A stretch of DNA of 64,000 nucleotides. It comes from Oikopleura dioica. Its lineage: Eukaryota; Animalia; Chordata. Shown one piece after another: positions 11,319 through 25,327 of this stretch; within the stretch, counting starts at the first letter, position 1, and each line of letters starts with the position of its first letter. Location: NCBI GenBank assembly GCA_907165135.1, contig OU015568.1:4588001-4652000 (forward strand). Reading direction: 5' to 3'. Made by a program: the position numbers and the translations under genes. The notes beneath the pieces were generated by a model. The model was not told the origin of the DNA and ran no database searches. It was given only the letters and a program-made list of their open reading frames with translations.

Positions 11319-13600
11319 TTACAAACAAGGAATTCTTATAAAAATCATTTTCTGTCCCTCTTTCACTACCACCTTTGGCTTTTTCGTGGTAGGACTTGTT
11401 CTGTTGGAGTTACAGGGGCTTTCCGCTTGGCGAACAGTATCAGTTTGTTTTCTGTTTCTCCGGATGTGGGGGAGGACAGACGAGGCAAGTTCTTTCCGGG
11501 CAGATATTCTGCGATTTTTCTGACTTTCTTTTTGATTTTGATGAAGTGCTTCTGTTTTCAAATTGTCAGATGCAGGGTCAGAATATTTCGTGACAGGGCG
11601 ACTTCGAATTATCTTTGTTTCAAGGTCTAAATTGCCCAAAAAAGGGAAAAACAGTTTTTTGACCTATTCTTTGGATTATAATTATATTCATCGATGTTCG
11701 ACGCGTCCATGTTATAGTTGCCAAGACATGAGTAACTCCGGTCAGAACGGATGGCCAGGTCCCGTAAAGGCGAGCTCGATGGGGGCTCCATTGATGAGGG
11801 TATCCTGAAAAGGGAAGTGAGTGAAAGAGACTCCATGGGAAGTGCGGCGGGATTTTTTGTTTGGAGGGAAACTGTATCCAAAATGAGAGAAAAATTCGAA
11901 TCAGCTTCTCATTAGATACACTGAATCGCTTCTATCAACGAATATCAAAAGTACTACCGGGGTACTACTAGTAGCCTACAACAAGTACTAATCCTGCTTG
12001 TAGGCGTCGTCCCTAACCCTAACCCTAGTCATTTTCTAATTTTTTCAAGGACAAAAAAAGGATTATAAATAGCTCACCTGAGTCGTAAAGACAGGGGCAC
12101 ACGAACGGGCTTATCCGGCAATTTCTGGCCAAGGACGACCTGAGACTGTCTTCTTCTTCGCGGCATAGTGGTTCTTATCTCGGGTAAACGACTGAGCCTG
12201 ACCCAGTGGGGCTTGGTGAAATCTCTCCTGCCCGCCCTACTCATATTCTTTTTTGTTCTCCTTTTTAATCTGCGCTGGATTTTTGAGTCTATCGAGTTTG
12301 TCGCTCAATTACGGCGCCGTACTGACACTGGGTATACTATTTAAAGAGGTGCATGTCGATAAAGTGCCACGTTCAAGATTTGAAACAGAGAAATTTGCAT
12401 TTTTACGACTTCCGGAAAGCTCCTTTTTCTCAAGGAAAATCTTGGTCAAGGCTTTCTCAAAAAGAAGAAGTTTCAATCAAGTCGATAAAGTAGCCGTAGG
12501 TCGATAGAAAAGTTGACTTTGAATATCTTTCAGTACTTGGGGTCGCTGAAAATCAGAGACTAATCAAGACAGAAATCTATTTGCACGGGAGGTGATTGTT
12601 TCCGTCAAAACATCAACTTGTCAAATTGTAACTAAGAAGCTAAAAGAATCGTATTTTCAAAAATGGGATAACAATTCGCGAAATCCTTTGCTCCTCAAAA
12701 TCTTATGTCAGTACATTTACAGTCTTTTAAAAGCTTATCTTCCTCTGTCAAGTGACCATTGACATGCTAATCGTTGTATCTATTCGCTCTTGATCTGATA
12801 AGAAGTCCCGAAAATCTTCCCGAAAGTGCATGAAAAACTCACTTATCCTCCCGCAAATATAAAATCAGTCAAACAAGACAAAAAGTGCTGAGCGAAACAG
12901 AACAAACCAGGAATTCAAGTGATAGCAAAGCTGCGTTGGGCCAGGAGGGCTACTTGAAACAATCCGGGATTTAAAATCATTTTGTCCATGGGAAAATTTC
13001 ATCGTTGGTTTACTCGGGACCTGGATCGATGGAGGGTTTTTTCGGGTGGCAGGTCTTCGACACCAGTCCAGAATCGGATAAATTCAGGCTTTTGAAAGGT
13101 AATTCATCTGAATGATTTGAATTCTTGATATATATTTTTTAAAAATACTATATGAGATAGCCACTACTAGCTTTACTTTATAGTTATATTAGTTTATAAT
13201 ATTCTAATATGGTTCTTCCGTATAACACAATAGATTGTTACATTCCTTCAGGATAAACCTAATGAAGTAAGATCTTTACTTCATGGCAAAAAACTAGTCT
13301 TACGGTCCGCTGAAAAATTCTCTAGAAAAAAAAGTTAACTCAGAGATCATACAGACTGTTGCCTATCTGTAAAAATTCTTTTTGTCGGTAGTCTATCGGC
13401 GATAGGCTCTTAGTATTATTGAAACCTTTTCCTCGTGTCCCAAATCAAGCGAATATCTTGGTGTCATGGCTCTCAGATCAGATTTGCTCCGATTAATCAT
13501 ATCTGCGTGTAACATTTGATCGTCTGATAATGCGAGCTTTTTCTGATGTTTTTCCTCTTTTGAAGGAATTGGCGCCGTGTGTATCACAACTGTAATTGTC
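11319..13600 (-). CDS. possible divergent multi-exon gene encoding a basic low-complexity protein; structure unresolved
   Basis: Several open frames bounded by plausible GT/AG sites (11319-11625, 11665-11805, 12080-12245, 13410-13590). No recognisable homology. Confidence 0.3.
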
Positions 13601-14137
13601 CTTCAAATATTTGTGATTGGATTGAAGATGGCAGTTCTTGTCTCTACATTGCACATCCTGAATTTCTTTTTCTGACCAAATTCTCAGAGGTCGTAAAAAT
13701 TAAAATGCTAAATTTTTCAATATAATTTATAAATTGTTAATTTGAACAATGATCGGAAGCCCCTATGAATTTGATACCGGTAGTCACTTTATTAATTTCC
13801 CAGGGAACGGAACAAAAGAGCAGGTGACTATATATTTATACTGTTATTGAAACATTCGAGCAATAAACTCGATCATAGAATCATATTTTTGAAAAAGGAG
13901 GAATTTATTGGACAGAATTGAAAGGAAAATTTTTTCAGGGATGAAATTCGTAGTAAGATGGTGCCAAAGAAATTCGCTAAAGAAAAATATCATTCAAAAA
14001 ATTATCAAAAAAATTTCAAATCAATAATCGAACATTTCGCCAGGCACAATCAAATCTCGTCTATACCTGTATTGAGATTACTAACTCTGAAATACAAAAT
14101 CAATATTAAAAAAATAAAAGAAAAAGCACCTCAAAAT

Positions 14138-16300
14138 TCAAAGCAAAGCCAATGGGATGAGAAAACATCGGTCCCCGGGAATAATTTGGAAATGCTGGTT
14201 GATGGACTGAATAAAGCTAGCTGTAAAATATAACAAAAATGAGGACTCACAGTAAGCTCTGTGATAGAAATTGCCCAGTCGCATCCGCTGCATGTATTCA
14301 AGTCGCATTCGGTCATTGAAAAAGATATCTTCGTTGTAATCGTCATCATCGTTGTCGATGAAAACAGGCGTTTCGAAATTTTTGTCTTCCTTGATTATTT
14401 TTTCTTTTTCAAAAAGATTTGCCGTATCGCCAATAACTTCAAAGCCGTTTTGATTCTCGTCAAGTTCTGTTTCTTCGAAAGAGTCTTCGTTGATTTCAGG
14501 TAAACAGGGTGATTCAAGCAATTCATCTTCAAAGATCTGCGATTCGACCAGAAGATATTCAGTGATTTCGGTTGAAATTTCTTCGTCAACTTCGTCATTT
14601 TCTTCTTTGATTTCAGCTTTGATTGCTTCTCTTTTGAAAGAAAATTGTGTTGTTTTCTCGGGGATTTTTGCCATTTGAAATTTAGTCGGTTTGAATTTGG
14701 TTTCTTGAATTGATGAATTTCGGAAGGAAAGAAGAGGTTCTGATAAGTTTTGCTTCAAAATGAAGTGTAAGCATTCATTTTTTGGAATAAGATTTTCGTT
14801 AAATTTTTGACTGGAAAAGTGAGCAACATTGTACTGGGCAAAGAAAACGGCGAGAGATGCGAACACAGCCGCAAGAATCGAGGAAAACCACATGAAAGCT
14901 CGTTCTTAAAAGAAGAATTTTCTGGGATAGGGAAAAAGAACTTACGGTGAGAAGATTCTTGAGGAATTCGCTTTTGTTCCAGCTCTGAAGCCGATAATTT
15001 TCTTTCGATGCTTTTAAGCATCGCTTCGTTTTCATCAAGCTGGTCAATAAGATCCTGATAGTCAATTTTCTTTTCGTGCTTCTTTTTTAAAAGTGGCTTG
15101 GGATGGCTTTTCTTCTTTTTAAACAACGACTTGGGCCTTGTTTTCTTCAGCTTGGATTTTCGAAGTGGCTTTTCGACAACTGTTTCTTGCGATTTTTCCA
15201 TACTTTTGGTCATATTTTCGAGTTGATCTTGCAAGTCCATCATTTTCAACTTCGTCTCATCAATTGAAACGCTTACAAAATCTCGAAGCCGCAGATTTTC
15301 TTCTTGAAGATCAGTCATTTCTTTCTTGAGAAAATCGTCGATATTCTCAAGAACTCGATGGCCAAGATCTTCAATTGACTCGCTGCTTGGACTTGCTCTT
15401 TCGAAGCTGTCTGGATCATCTGATCCAAGCACTAGAAAACTCGATGGAAAAAGGCTCTTTTTGAGACATTTTACCGGCGAAAGAATCGGAAGAATGGCGC
15501 CCGCCGCTTTCTTCAATGATTTCTTCAAATCTCTCGATATCGACCTCTTCAAAGTCGCTGCAACTACTCATTCCCTTCAACTGTTTTCGAACAGCTTCGT
15601 CGTCCTCTAAAAGGTGTTTCTGCAACGACTCTGTTATTTTTCTCGCGTTTTGGAGCTTGAATCGTTCCTCTTTCGTCGCTTCTTTATTTAAGGATTGTTC
15701 TGCAAGGAATATTTACCGTCTTTTTCTTCGTGCATGTGACTTCCACACGCGGAAAAAATAGCTTGGTATCAATTTATCTGGCTCTGAGACATGACCCCGA
15801 GGAGTTATGTAACTCTTGTTTGTATGAAAGCGCACGAACTTTCAATTAAAAGAACGCCCGTCCTGCACCTATTTTTAGATCCTTTTCCTAGCGCTTCTTC
15901 GACTCTACTGACCAATTCTTCAACATGTGCTTCGTGAGCCAATTTTCTTTCCTCCTCAAGCTCATCCTCCCTGTTCGCCGAATCGATCGAGCACTGGTTC
16001 CGAAGCTTCCCCAAAATAACCAGCAAACGAGAAATATCGAAAAGCTCCAGGTGTCCAGAAATTTGAATGAATGATTCTTTTTGAAGTTTCTTCTCTTCTT
16101 CGTTGAGAATTTGCAACTTATCGATGTCCATTTCATACCTTTCAAGCACTTCTTCTATCTGGTGACTGTTAATTCTCACTGGAAGCCGAACCGACTTTCC
16201 ATATTTCTTCAAATTGTCCAAGAGCTCCTCTGTATTGCTCGATTCAGTTTTTGCTGGAGAAAATCAAGCAGAATTTTATCAGACGAATCGATGTGATAGA
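14138..16300 (-). CDS. hypothetical coiled-coil protein with one internal hydrophobic segment and acidic C-terminus
   Basis: ORFs 15805-16221, 15416-15625, 14755-15552 and 14138-14893 join through GT-AG introns (e.g. QESSH|QRAFMWFSSILAAVFASLAVFF). The 5' end is uncertain. Confidence 0.6.
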
Positions 16301-17291
16301 AGAACCGCATTTCGTTAAAAACTAAATTTGTTGTGTTTTCGCTCCTCACTACGCTTTAGCAAGAACCCTTTTCAACCCTGTGAATGGGCCCCTAGGCAGA
16401 ATTTCCCAGAAAGAGTTCAATTTTTCAAGCTGAGCAAAACGGCACTTGAATTAAAAAAACGAAGATTTTCAGAACCTGATGGTACTGTAAACAGTGTTCT
16501 GTTTACTTCTGATACAAAAGAAGAGGCAGCAGGTTAATCGAATTGAAATTTGCATAAATCTGCTTTTCAGGGCAGATGTCTTGTTTTGGCGAAAAAAAAG
16601 CCTAAAATTCGGCTTGGTTCTATTAAAAAGCGTGTCCAAAAGGTCTTTTTGAGAGTCTATTGAAGCCAAGATAAAAAAAAAAGAAAGAAATTAGAAGGGA
16701 TTAAATATTAAGAGGCGGGGTAGTATCCAGACTGTAAATAAAAGTCCAGTCTTTTGCAAAATTAATGCATCGATTCTTGATCAACTATCGACAAGGTGTC
16801 GTAGTTATGGGGGACGGTTTCACTTTAAATTGAGAGATGGCTTTCCCGCCGATGGAAAAGGATTAGATATAAAACAGCTTTCTATAATTCTTTTCTTGAA
16901 ATCACCGAAAATAATCCTAAAAAAGCTACCTGGGCTAGTATAACTGTCCATATCATCATTACGCTGACTGCTATTCTCGCTTTTTCTGGAATCATAATCG
17001 TCCTCATCGTCGTCTACAGTGTTTTATCCTCCCCAGATGAAGGAGAGTCCTCTTCCCTCCGCCGAGAGACTGTGACAAGTAATGTATCTGCTGGCGATTG
17101 CGTGCATTTCAGAAGAGAATAAGCGATGCAAAGAGAAATAAACTGCCATAATTTCAAAATAAATGAATTATTTTAAAAGCATTTTTTAATGAAATATTTG
17201 GTTTATTAGAATATGAACAAGGGAGGGTGGGAAACTTATTTTTTTCCGAAAGTGTACAGAAATATCGATAATAGAAGATGAGGCTAAATTC

Positions 17292-18905
17292 TTAAGCACG
17301 GTTGAGGATGCAGCAGCCAAGTCGAGCTCCAGCAGCGCCAGTGGATGAAGGATCATCGGTGGGGTTGGCATCGTCGTGGAACTTGTGAACAACGATAGCT
17401 CGGTCACCGATGAAGTAGTCCTCGCCGGGGATGAGCGAAACAACGTGATCAAGGATGTTGACCTCAGCGACGCCATCGACGACGTTGATGTTGCCCAAAT
17501 CTCCGGCGTGTCGGTTTGGTGGGGTGTCTTCTGGAGCACCGTGGATTTCATCGTCGCTCCATTTGAAATGTCCTCCAGCGTCGCTGCAAGAGTTGGCGGT
17601 GGCGGCATTGGCGTGAACGTGGAATCCGTGGAGGCCGTCGTCGAAGTTCGATGAGGCGGAGATGGTTCCAGTGACGCGAACTAGAAGAAAGAATAAAAAG
17701 AAGAAAATGGGAAAGACCGAAATACCTTGATCGCCCTCGTATTTAAATGTAATCTGTCCGCTCAAGTCAGCTCCAGCGCCGACGAAATCGCAAGTGTATC
17801 TAACTGGCTTGATAGTGCAGCAACCTGGTCGGCTACCAGCTGCTCCAGTGGAGCTAGGGTCGTCGGTTGGGTTGTGATCGTCGATGTTGGCGTGAACGAC
17901 GATAGACTTGTCTCCAATGAAGAGAACGCTGTCGGGATTGAGCGAGACCTTTGCGTCAGTAACATCGACGGGTGCAGTTCGAGTGCCATCTCCGTTTTCA
18001 GTGGCGAAGACGTTGGCAATATCTCCAACGTGTCGATCGGGATAGGAGTCAGTTGGAGCACCGTGGATCTGTCCAGCGAGGCCAAAATGACCACCAGCAC
18101 CCTTGCATTGGCCAGCTTCATTGTTGAGAGGAGAGGCGTTAGCGTGAACATGGAATCCGTGGTATCCAGCATCCCAGACCTCATCAGCGGAGGAAATGGA
18201 GCCTGAAAAGTTAACTCCGCTGTCGGTCTGAGCCATGTAGACAGCGCCGTCAAGAGAGCCAGAAGAAGCGTCGGTTCCGGAGTTGAAATCGCAGTAGTAT
18301 TTTTCTGGGAGGACGTCGTTCTGGCAGTGGGTCGCGAAGTCTGGAATTCTAAAAGATTTTTTACGAGGTGGAACAATTTCACGATTTCATGGCGCTTTTC
18401 TAATACGTTGTCCTTTATCTACCACCGCGAAGTTTTGATACGGAATTTGGGACTGATAAGGCACTTACCCTGGCGCGGAGACGTCTCCAGTGGCTCGATT
18501 GCAGTTAACCCGGGATTTGGAAGCGTTCTTTTTGGCTCCGTTGCATTTAAGCTGGAAGGATTTTCGCATGGAACCTGTTCGCTTGAGGATCAAGTCGCCA
18601 TTAGCAGCGGAGAGTCCATCGCACTGGTCGGAAGCTGAGCAAGTGAGGGAAGGAGTCATGCCATTCGCCGCTCTCGACTTGATTGTAGTTGATCCATCGG
18701 CGCAGCTCACGTCCATCTTCCACTTTTTGAAGCCAGCAATGCTTCCGGCGTTGCAGCTTGCCTTACAAACGAATCGCTTCTTTCCCGGCTTCTCGCAGCT
18801 CCAAGAACCATTCTCGAGTGGATTGGCAGCGACAGCGTCATTTTTCCAGTTCTCGCACTTTCCTGCGAAGGCTGCTGAAAGAAAAAGAGTTGAAAAGGAC
18901 TGCAT
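17292..18905 (-). CDS. secreted protein: signal peptide, Cys-rich N-terminal region, two Cu/Zn superoxide dismutase domains
   Basis: MQSFSTLFLSAAFA signal peptide. The intron at 18467-18350 joins APG|IPDFATHC in frame. Both domains keep HGFHVH, GGHF, IHG, RHxGD, VVH and AGxR-GC. Confidence 0.85.
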
Positions 18906-19556
18906 AAAAGGGGAGAGACGCAACGGAAATCGCGGAGAAATACCGATATGAATCGAAGATAGAGGTTAAGATAGACAATAAACGACATATAATTTTAGTT
19001 CAATAAGGATGAAGCTTAGATATAGGGTTGATAGAATATTTTGAAGCAAAATAGCTTCAAATCATTGAATAAAAATGTTTGAGAATAGAAATATTCGAAT
19101 ATAGAATTGGGAAATATATATTTTCATTTGAACCTGGTACAAAAAGTGTGGAAAGTTTCATATTTCTATCTCTATAAGTGTGATCCTTTCGGTTCGTCGC
19201 CGAATATAAGAAACACAGAAAACGCCAAGCGGTGCAGAAACGACCGCTCCGGAGCGCCTCTCGAAAAACTTCCTCGAGGGCTGAAAAGTTACTACCGTTG
19301 TATCTTCTCATTTAGCCCTCTTTTCTTTCGAGAGAGCTAAATGATTCCTCCAGAATTTTTTTATATAACCACATTTATTTTCATTTTGCCGTCGTGAACA
19401 TGTAAAAACCTGTTGCCAGTATTTTCGATAAAGAAAGATATTCAGTAAAAGACAGGGCGTATATTTTCATTTTCATACATATATGATGCTCATACATATA
19501 AAAACTCGCTAAAACTAGAAACTGAACTGAGGAAAGGTCGGAAAGTGAAGGGTTTT

Positions 19557-22500
19557 TTAATTGTTTTCGGAAGTGTCCATAGCGTTGGGGTTCTTTTTCA
19601 GCATCACAAAGCCTTCTAAAACAGGCGAGAGGGGAATATATTCGTCCGTCGCCAGTTCCGCTCGTTCACCGTAGCTGAGAAGGACGGGAGTCGTTCGCGT
19701 TTGGAAGCCAGTGATAGTCTTCGGCTTACCGGCCTGAAAAAGAGTTCTAAAGTGGGCGCTGCCGCGAGTTGGTCTTTTTGAAAGAATAAATTCCGCTTAG
19801 AAACACTAGCCGTCGCGCATGTCACCAAATTGCTTTTGTGGCGTACAGACGCTTTCGCGGGATAAGCTGAGGTTAAAAAATCTGACTGTGGGTCTCAAGC
19901 GGATATAAACTTAAATCTCGTTAGTCCCTAACAAAAATATACGAGAAAGCGAAAGGGTTGAAAAAGCACTTGAAATTTCAAGTGTTGTAAGCCTTGGAAT
20001 TCAATACAAGGCCTGAAATACAAAGAAACATAAGTAGGCTACTTGGAAACAGGGGTATTTTTACTGTTCTAGTTCCTACCTGACCAACGACGTCAACAGC
20101 TTGACCAACTCGGACAGAAACTTGCATTGGTTTGCTATCCTCGTCCAGACAGACCAATAATCGGGGCTAGAATTCGCGGGATTAATCAGGTTTTGAAAAT
20201 GAAAATACCTGAATAGCTGGAACAATGGAATATAAAAGATAATGATGCTTTCCGAGAAGAAGTCCCTTTGGATCAAGAGCAGCAACAACTGTCGAAATTA
20301 AACCAGCAGCGGATGATACGTTGAGAAGAGTTCGATCCGAATGGAAGGGCTGCAACGTCATCGTTCCTTTTCCCAAGTGAACGAGACCTTGTGATCGGTT
20401 TCAAATTGAATTAGAAAGTTTGTTTTAGAATCAAAAAAGTATTTTAATGATCATTTCGAATTCTCGCGGGTCTAACACATGATATTAATTGACATGAGAA
20501 TGTGACAAATTTTTACGCTAGAAAACACTGATTTGTGGCCCGGACCAGAGTTGGTAAAAAAGTATACTTCACTCGCCCTTCAGAATGAAGTATACTTCAT
20601 GAAGTATACTTCAGGGCGTTGCAGGGCGTTGAAGGGCGTGAAGTGTACTTCCGCCCTACCCTCTACTTCAACCGCCCTTCCGCCCTTCACTCTACTTCAA
20701 CTTGGTTCTGTCGGCCATCAGAATCCATCCGCCAGAATTTTTTCAAATTTTGCGCTTATTGGCTCTCAGGCGCCATGATTTAAATCACGCTGATTGTGGC
20801 AGATGAACCGATAGCTGAAGTATACTTCAGGGCTTTGAAGGGCGCGTGAAGTACACTTCACCGCCCTTCAAGAATGAAGGGCGCCCTGCAGATTTTTGAA
20901 GGGCGAGGGGAAGTATACTTTTTTACCAACTCTGGCCCGGACAGCGGTTAATTCTAGCGGGTGAAATACCAATTTTGATTGGTTGATCTTTTGTTGTAGA
21001 TGTCCTGATATTTCATACAACTTTCTCGTTTCAAAGCCAATTACAGTCGACTCTGGCAATTACGAGCCTTTTTTTGTCGGGAATTTCGTGAAATACTCGT
21101 AATTCTCCGAGTTGGAAAATGTGGCTCGATTTTCTCTCGATTTCATTTTTAAGGACCCCCCATCAAGAATTGCGAAAATGGGCCTCCTTGAAGTTAGTAT
21201 TTCTCCGAAGCTATCTTATTTACACCCTTAATTTAATTGGAACTCGAATTTAACACTCGAATACAACCGCTTCCCTTATGATGATCCCGAAAATCACGGT
21301 TGTTCAAAAATCTAGTTCTACCTCCTCAATGATATACAGGCCGTTAAAGATCAGGTTGATAGGATCAAGCTTTTTCAGGGATTTAAGCTGAGGGAAACCC
21401 TTAATTTTTTTCAGGAGAGAGCTAAGGCTCTTAGCTACCACCGTACTCCTTTGGAAAGTTTTTTGTCAACGAAAAATTAAAATAATATTCAGAGACTTTC
21501 ATAAAAAAAAATGCAAATTTTCAATCTGTTGAAGCTGCTTTAAAACCATCTGAAGAGCCGGAGACTCTTAAGCCAAAGATTTAACCCGGTTACAGGCGCG
21601 TGGCCGTCTCACGGCCACGCGTGGAAATGAGTAGCCAATCGCATGCCCGGATCCATGTTTTCACTCAATCACAGACAGGCAAAAGCGTAGGCAAAATCGA
21701 CCACCCTGTTAGCGGGTTAATGATTAAAATCAAGCATTCTCAATTTTTTCGAAAAAAATTATTTTCGGTCGATGATCCCTTGTTTTCAAAATTGGCGGGT
21801 TTTTGTCAAAATACTCGTAATTCTGCTACTCGTAATTGCCAGAGTCGACTGTATCTCGCAGAAACAAGGACTGATTTATGACTTTGGCTTGAAATTGAGT
21901 CCCCGCTCATCGCGTGATACATCGTTGTAATTTCTAAACCGGTCCTTGGGCAAGTCTGACCATCATAAGTGCATTAGCATCTTTTTGGTAAAACAGAGCA
22001 AGCTGCCTGAGCATTTGCGCCAATCTAGCGTTGTTCGTTCCCGATCCACAGAGACCCATCGCAAAGATCGCTAGAAATTTCAATGAAAAAGGGAGGTTAA
22101 GACGAGGGTCTTACAATTGTATGCGACTTCGGCGTCAGAGTCGTGGGAGAACTTAGAAAGAGTGTCGATAATGTTCATTTGTGGATTTGAAATTGAAGTC
22201 AAGGCGATGGCGAGTGGAACTGCTCGGCGAAGAGGAGGTTCTCCGTATCGTAGGAGGTGGCCAAATGTTCGGAAGGACATTTCGCTAGAAAAATACGTGA
22301 CCATCGATTCACCTTTTCATCACTTACGATCCAATGTCTTCGCCCATGGCGATGAGAGCAACACCGATCGCAGCAATAGCTTGCTTGTGAAGTCGACCAT
22401 CTTTTCGATCCTTTTCTTTTTTCTCCTTTTTCTTTTCTTTTTTATCTAAAGAGAAAGTTCACCAAGGCATCAGTTTAAAATTGTTAATTATTTCCGTTGA

Positions 22501-25327
22501 AAACATCTTTTCAATCATCTTTTAAAAATATAGGACCAAATATTTGAGGTAAAACATTTCGGAAAACAAACCAAAAGACTTTTAAAAAGCTCGAAAAACC
22601 AACTGTTTCATGTAAAAATACAGGCCCGAGGAATGCTTTCATTAAGTTTTTAGATAGGTCTTAATCTAATAAGAGCCGCTTCGTAAAACATGAAAACAAG
22701 CCCTACTTTTTCTCTTGAACAGTATTTTCTTCAGTTACCTTTTTCCTTCTCCTTTTCTTTCTCTTTCTCCTTCTCGTCCTCTTCCTTTTCTTCCGGCTTT
22801 TCAGAGCAAACATGGAGCATCTTCTGAATCTTGAGCACGTTGCCAGTGCCCGCATATGCGCAAACTTCAACTAGAATCGTGGCAAAGCTTCTAAGTGGCT
22901 CAGGAACGACTTCCAACGCGGCGATAATCGTTTCCACAAGATCCTGTTTTTGCAAGTAGCAGAGGCCAAGTGCAAGGGCGAGGAAACGAGCGTGCGTTTC
23001 CTTGAGATTGGACTCGGACTTTTCGATAAGAATTTGAAGAATGGCTGTAGTAACGTCGCCATTACAGCTTCCCACAGCGATAAGACCTGTAAAAAGACTG
23101 TAATAAACTGAAAGGATTTCGAAGAAATACCAAGTGCAAGAGCACAACAGCCAATTTCTTCCATGCTCGACTTTTGGTCATGCAACTGCTGGAGAAGAAT
23201 CTGGATAACATCATCTCTGTTGGAGCCGCAGTAGGCAATACCAAGACCGAGAGCGCATCCGCGGCGGATTACCAGCGAGCTTGAGGTGACATAATCTGAT
23301 AAGAGCGCAAGGGCGGGATCGCACTCGTTTCTAAATTTCAATGTTTATTTCGCTGGCGGAAACGATTTGTTTAATAAAAACTGGTTGTTCTTTGAGTAAA
23401 TTAACGTCTGAAAGATAATCTTGTGAGTTTTGACCAAGTGGCTTTTAGAAAAAAGAACTTACGCTAAATACGTAAACAGTCTGCTAGACAAATACTGTGA
23501 CGTACCTAATTCCAGCATTGACAATTCCACATGCCAGCAAAGCTCCAGCCTTGATCTTATCTTCTGCGGAATAAAGATGTTTATCAATAGAAACAAGACC
23601 ATTGTCGACATCCCAGAGGAGGATCAAGCCAAGAGAAGCCGTCGCAGCAATCATGCCGTGATCCTTGTTGCTCCAGATCCAACTGTTGCTGCCAGAACTG
23701 TCTGTGTCAGTTGTCAGAAGCTTGTCAGTTCCGAATCCACAGTTGACGAAGCCGTTGACGTAGGAAGAGGCGAGGTTGGCGCGGGCGGAATCGATGTTGC
23801 TGGTGAACTTGTCTAGGTCGGACTTGTAGATGTCTTCCGGTTTCTTTGGCTCCATGATGTCCAGTTCTCTGGCGAGCCCGAGGAAGTTGCCGGAGAGATG
23901 GGAGTTGGACATGGTCTCAGCAAGGTCATCAACGTCTGGAAGTTTCTCTGGAAGATCAACGAATCGCTGCTGTCGGCCGAGAATGTAGCAGCATTGCTTG
24001 AGAATAGAATTGTCCTTGCATCGATCGAAAATGTCTAAAATGACATCTTCGTCGTTGAGTTGAAGGGCGACGAACATCGCTTCTGTGAACTTTTCGAACT
24101 TGAGGTAAATCGCCAATGCCGTCTTGAGAAGAGTGGTGTTTTCTGGATCAGGGGTGTAGGGAACGCAGGACTTGAGATAAAGAGTGACCTTTTTGTAGGA
24201 TTTTGTGTCGCACGCTTCGACGAGCAAATCGAGTCGTTCGATTTCCATGAGCATGTCGGCCGCGTCAGTTTCGGAGTTGTGCGTCATGTCGTAGGGGAGG
24301 ATGATGTTAACGAGTCGAAGAAGGTCTTCCACATCTGCTTCGGGGTTTTCGGCAGTTCGTTCTGTCCATTCAGCGGCGACTTCTCCCGCTAGATGGCGGA
24401 TGTATTCGTGTCCCCATTCGCCAACACCTTCTGTTGGGCCGACAAGTCTGTATTTCAAGCAATCGCGGTTCTCGGACATAACCATTGCCAAACAAGAAAG
24501 AACATCAGCGCAAAGGAGTCGGTTGCCCTCACCCTTCATTTTTTCATAAGCGGCGACGATGGTTTCGTAGTGTTCGCGAAGGAATTTGAGGGGCTTGGGC
24601 ACGCTGGTGAGGGAGGAAGTGGCAGTTCGGATTTTGGAGCGGAGGATTTCGAGGGCGCCTTTGTACAAGGTCTCGTCATTTTCTGTCAGTCGGGTGACGC
24701 AAAGGTTGAGCTCTTCCCTGAAAAGTTTTAGTAAAAAAAAGTAAACAATGACTGTTTTTCCAATTCCAATAAAAAGTGCGATCTACGGTTTTTCTTATTC
24801 AAAAGTTTTGAAAGGTTTCAAATCGCATGCAGTTGTTTGATGCATTATCGTATACTTGAGGGCCTCTCCTAGATCTCAGACTGAGATTCCCAGAAGCGAG
24901 TCGAAGAAAGTTCCGGGATAGATTTCGGGTCTTTTGATTTTCTTGAATAATCACAGATGACTGACCACATTGTATGAAAATGCAGTCGCGAGAAGCGCGC
25001 AAACAATTCCGGACAATGTGGCGGAGGTGCTTTACGCCGTCTACGGATGTGGCCACGCATGTTATAATACAAGAGTGCCTAAACCGGATGGCAGCGTAAG
25101 GATGTCGTAAAAATTAGCTATTTGATATTTGATGTTGAATATAGTTCCCACGGAAGATTTTTTAAAATTAATAATTTATAAAAAAATCATTAAGTAGCTT
25201 ACTTGAGTTCTCTGTCCTCATCATTCAACTCATTTTCCTCTGGAATTCCCGACTCTGGCTTGTCCTTTTTATTATCTGCAACTTTATCATTTGCCTTCTT
25301 ATCAGCTGCAGTTCCCTTTGGAGCCAT
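19557..25327 (-). CDS. PSMD2: 26S proteasome subunit Rpn1
   Basis: [103 protein letters not shown]. Confidence 0.95.
20546..20934. mobile_element. non-autonomous hAT element (389 bp)
   Basis: TIR CAGAGTTGGTAAAAAAGTATACTTC; 8-bp TSD GCCCGGAC at 20538-20545 and 20935-20942; internal GAAGTATACTTC and CGCCCT repeats. Confidence 0.9.
21044..21851. mobile_element. TA-flanked Tc1/mariner-type MITE (808 bp)
   Basis: TIR CAGTCGACTCTGGCAATTACGAG; TA on both sides (21042-43, 21852-53); no ORF. Confidence 0.85.

Noticed and set aside
12011-12028. Telomere-like CCCTAACCCTAACCCTAG (similar short hits near 37425, 40088, 43412)
   Set aside because: At most 2-3 units, too short to support an interstitial telomere or fusion site.
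17376-18206. Long + strand ORFs opposite the SOD gene (and similar antisense ORFs over PSMD2, POLA1 and pol)
   Set aside because: Shadow frames caused by codon bias of the real genes.
19134-19160. Upstream signal-peptide exon MKLSTLLYQ for the SOD gene
   Set aside because: Its donor phase does not match the downstream frame, and the ATG at 18905 already gives a good signal peptide.
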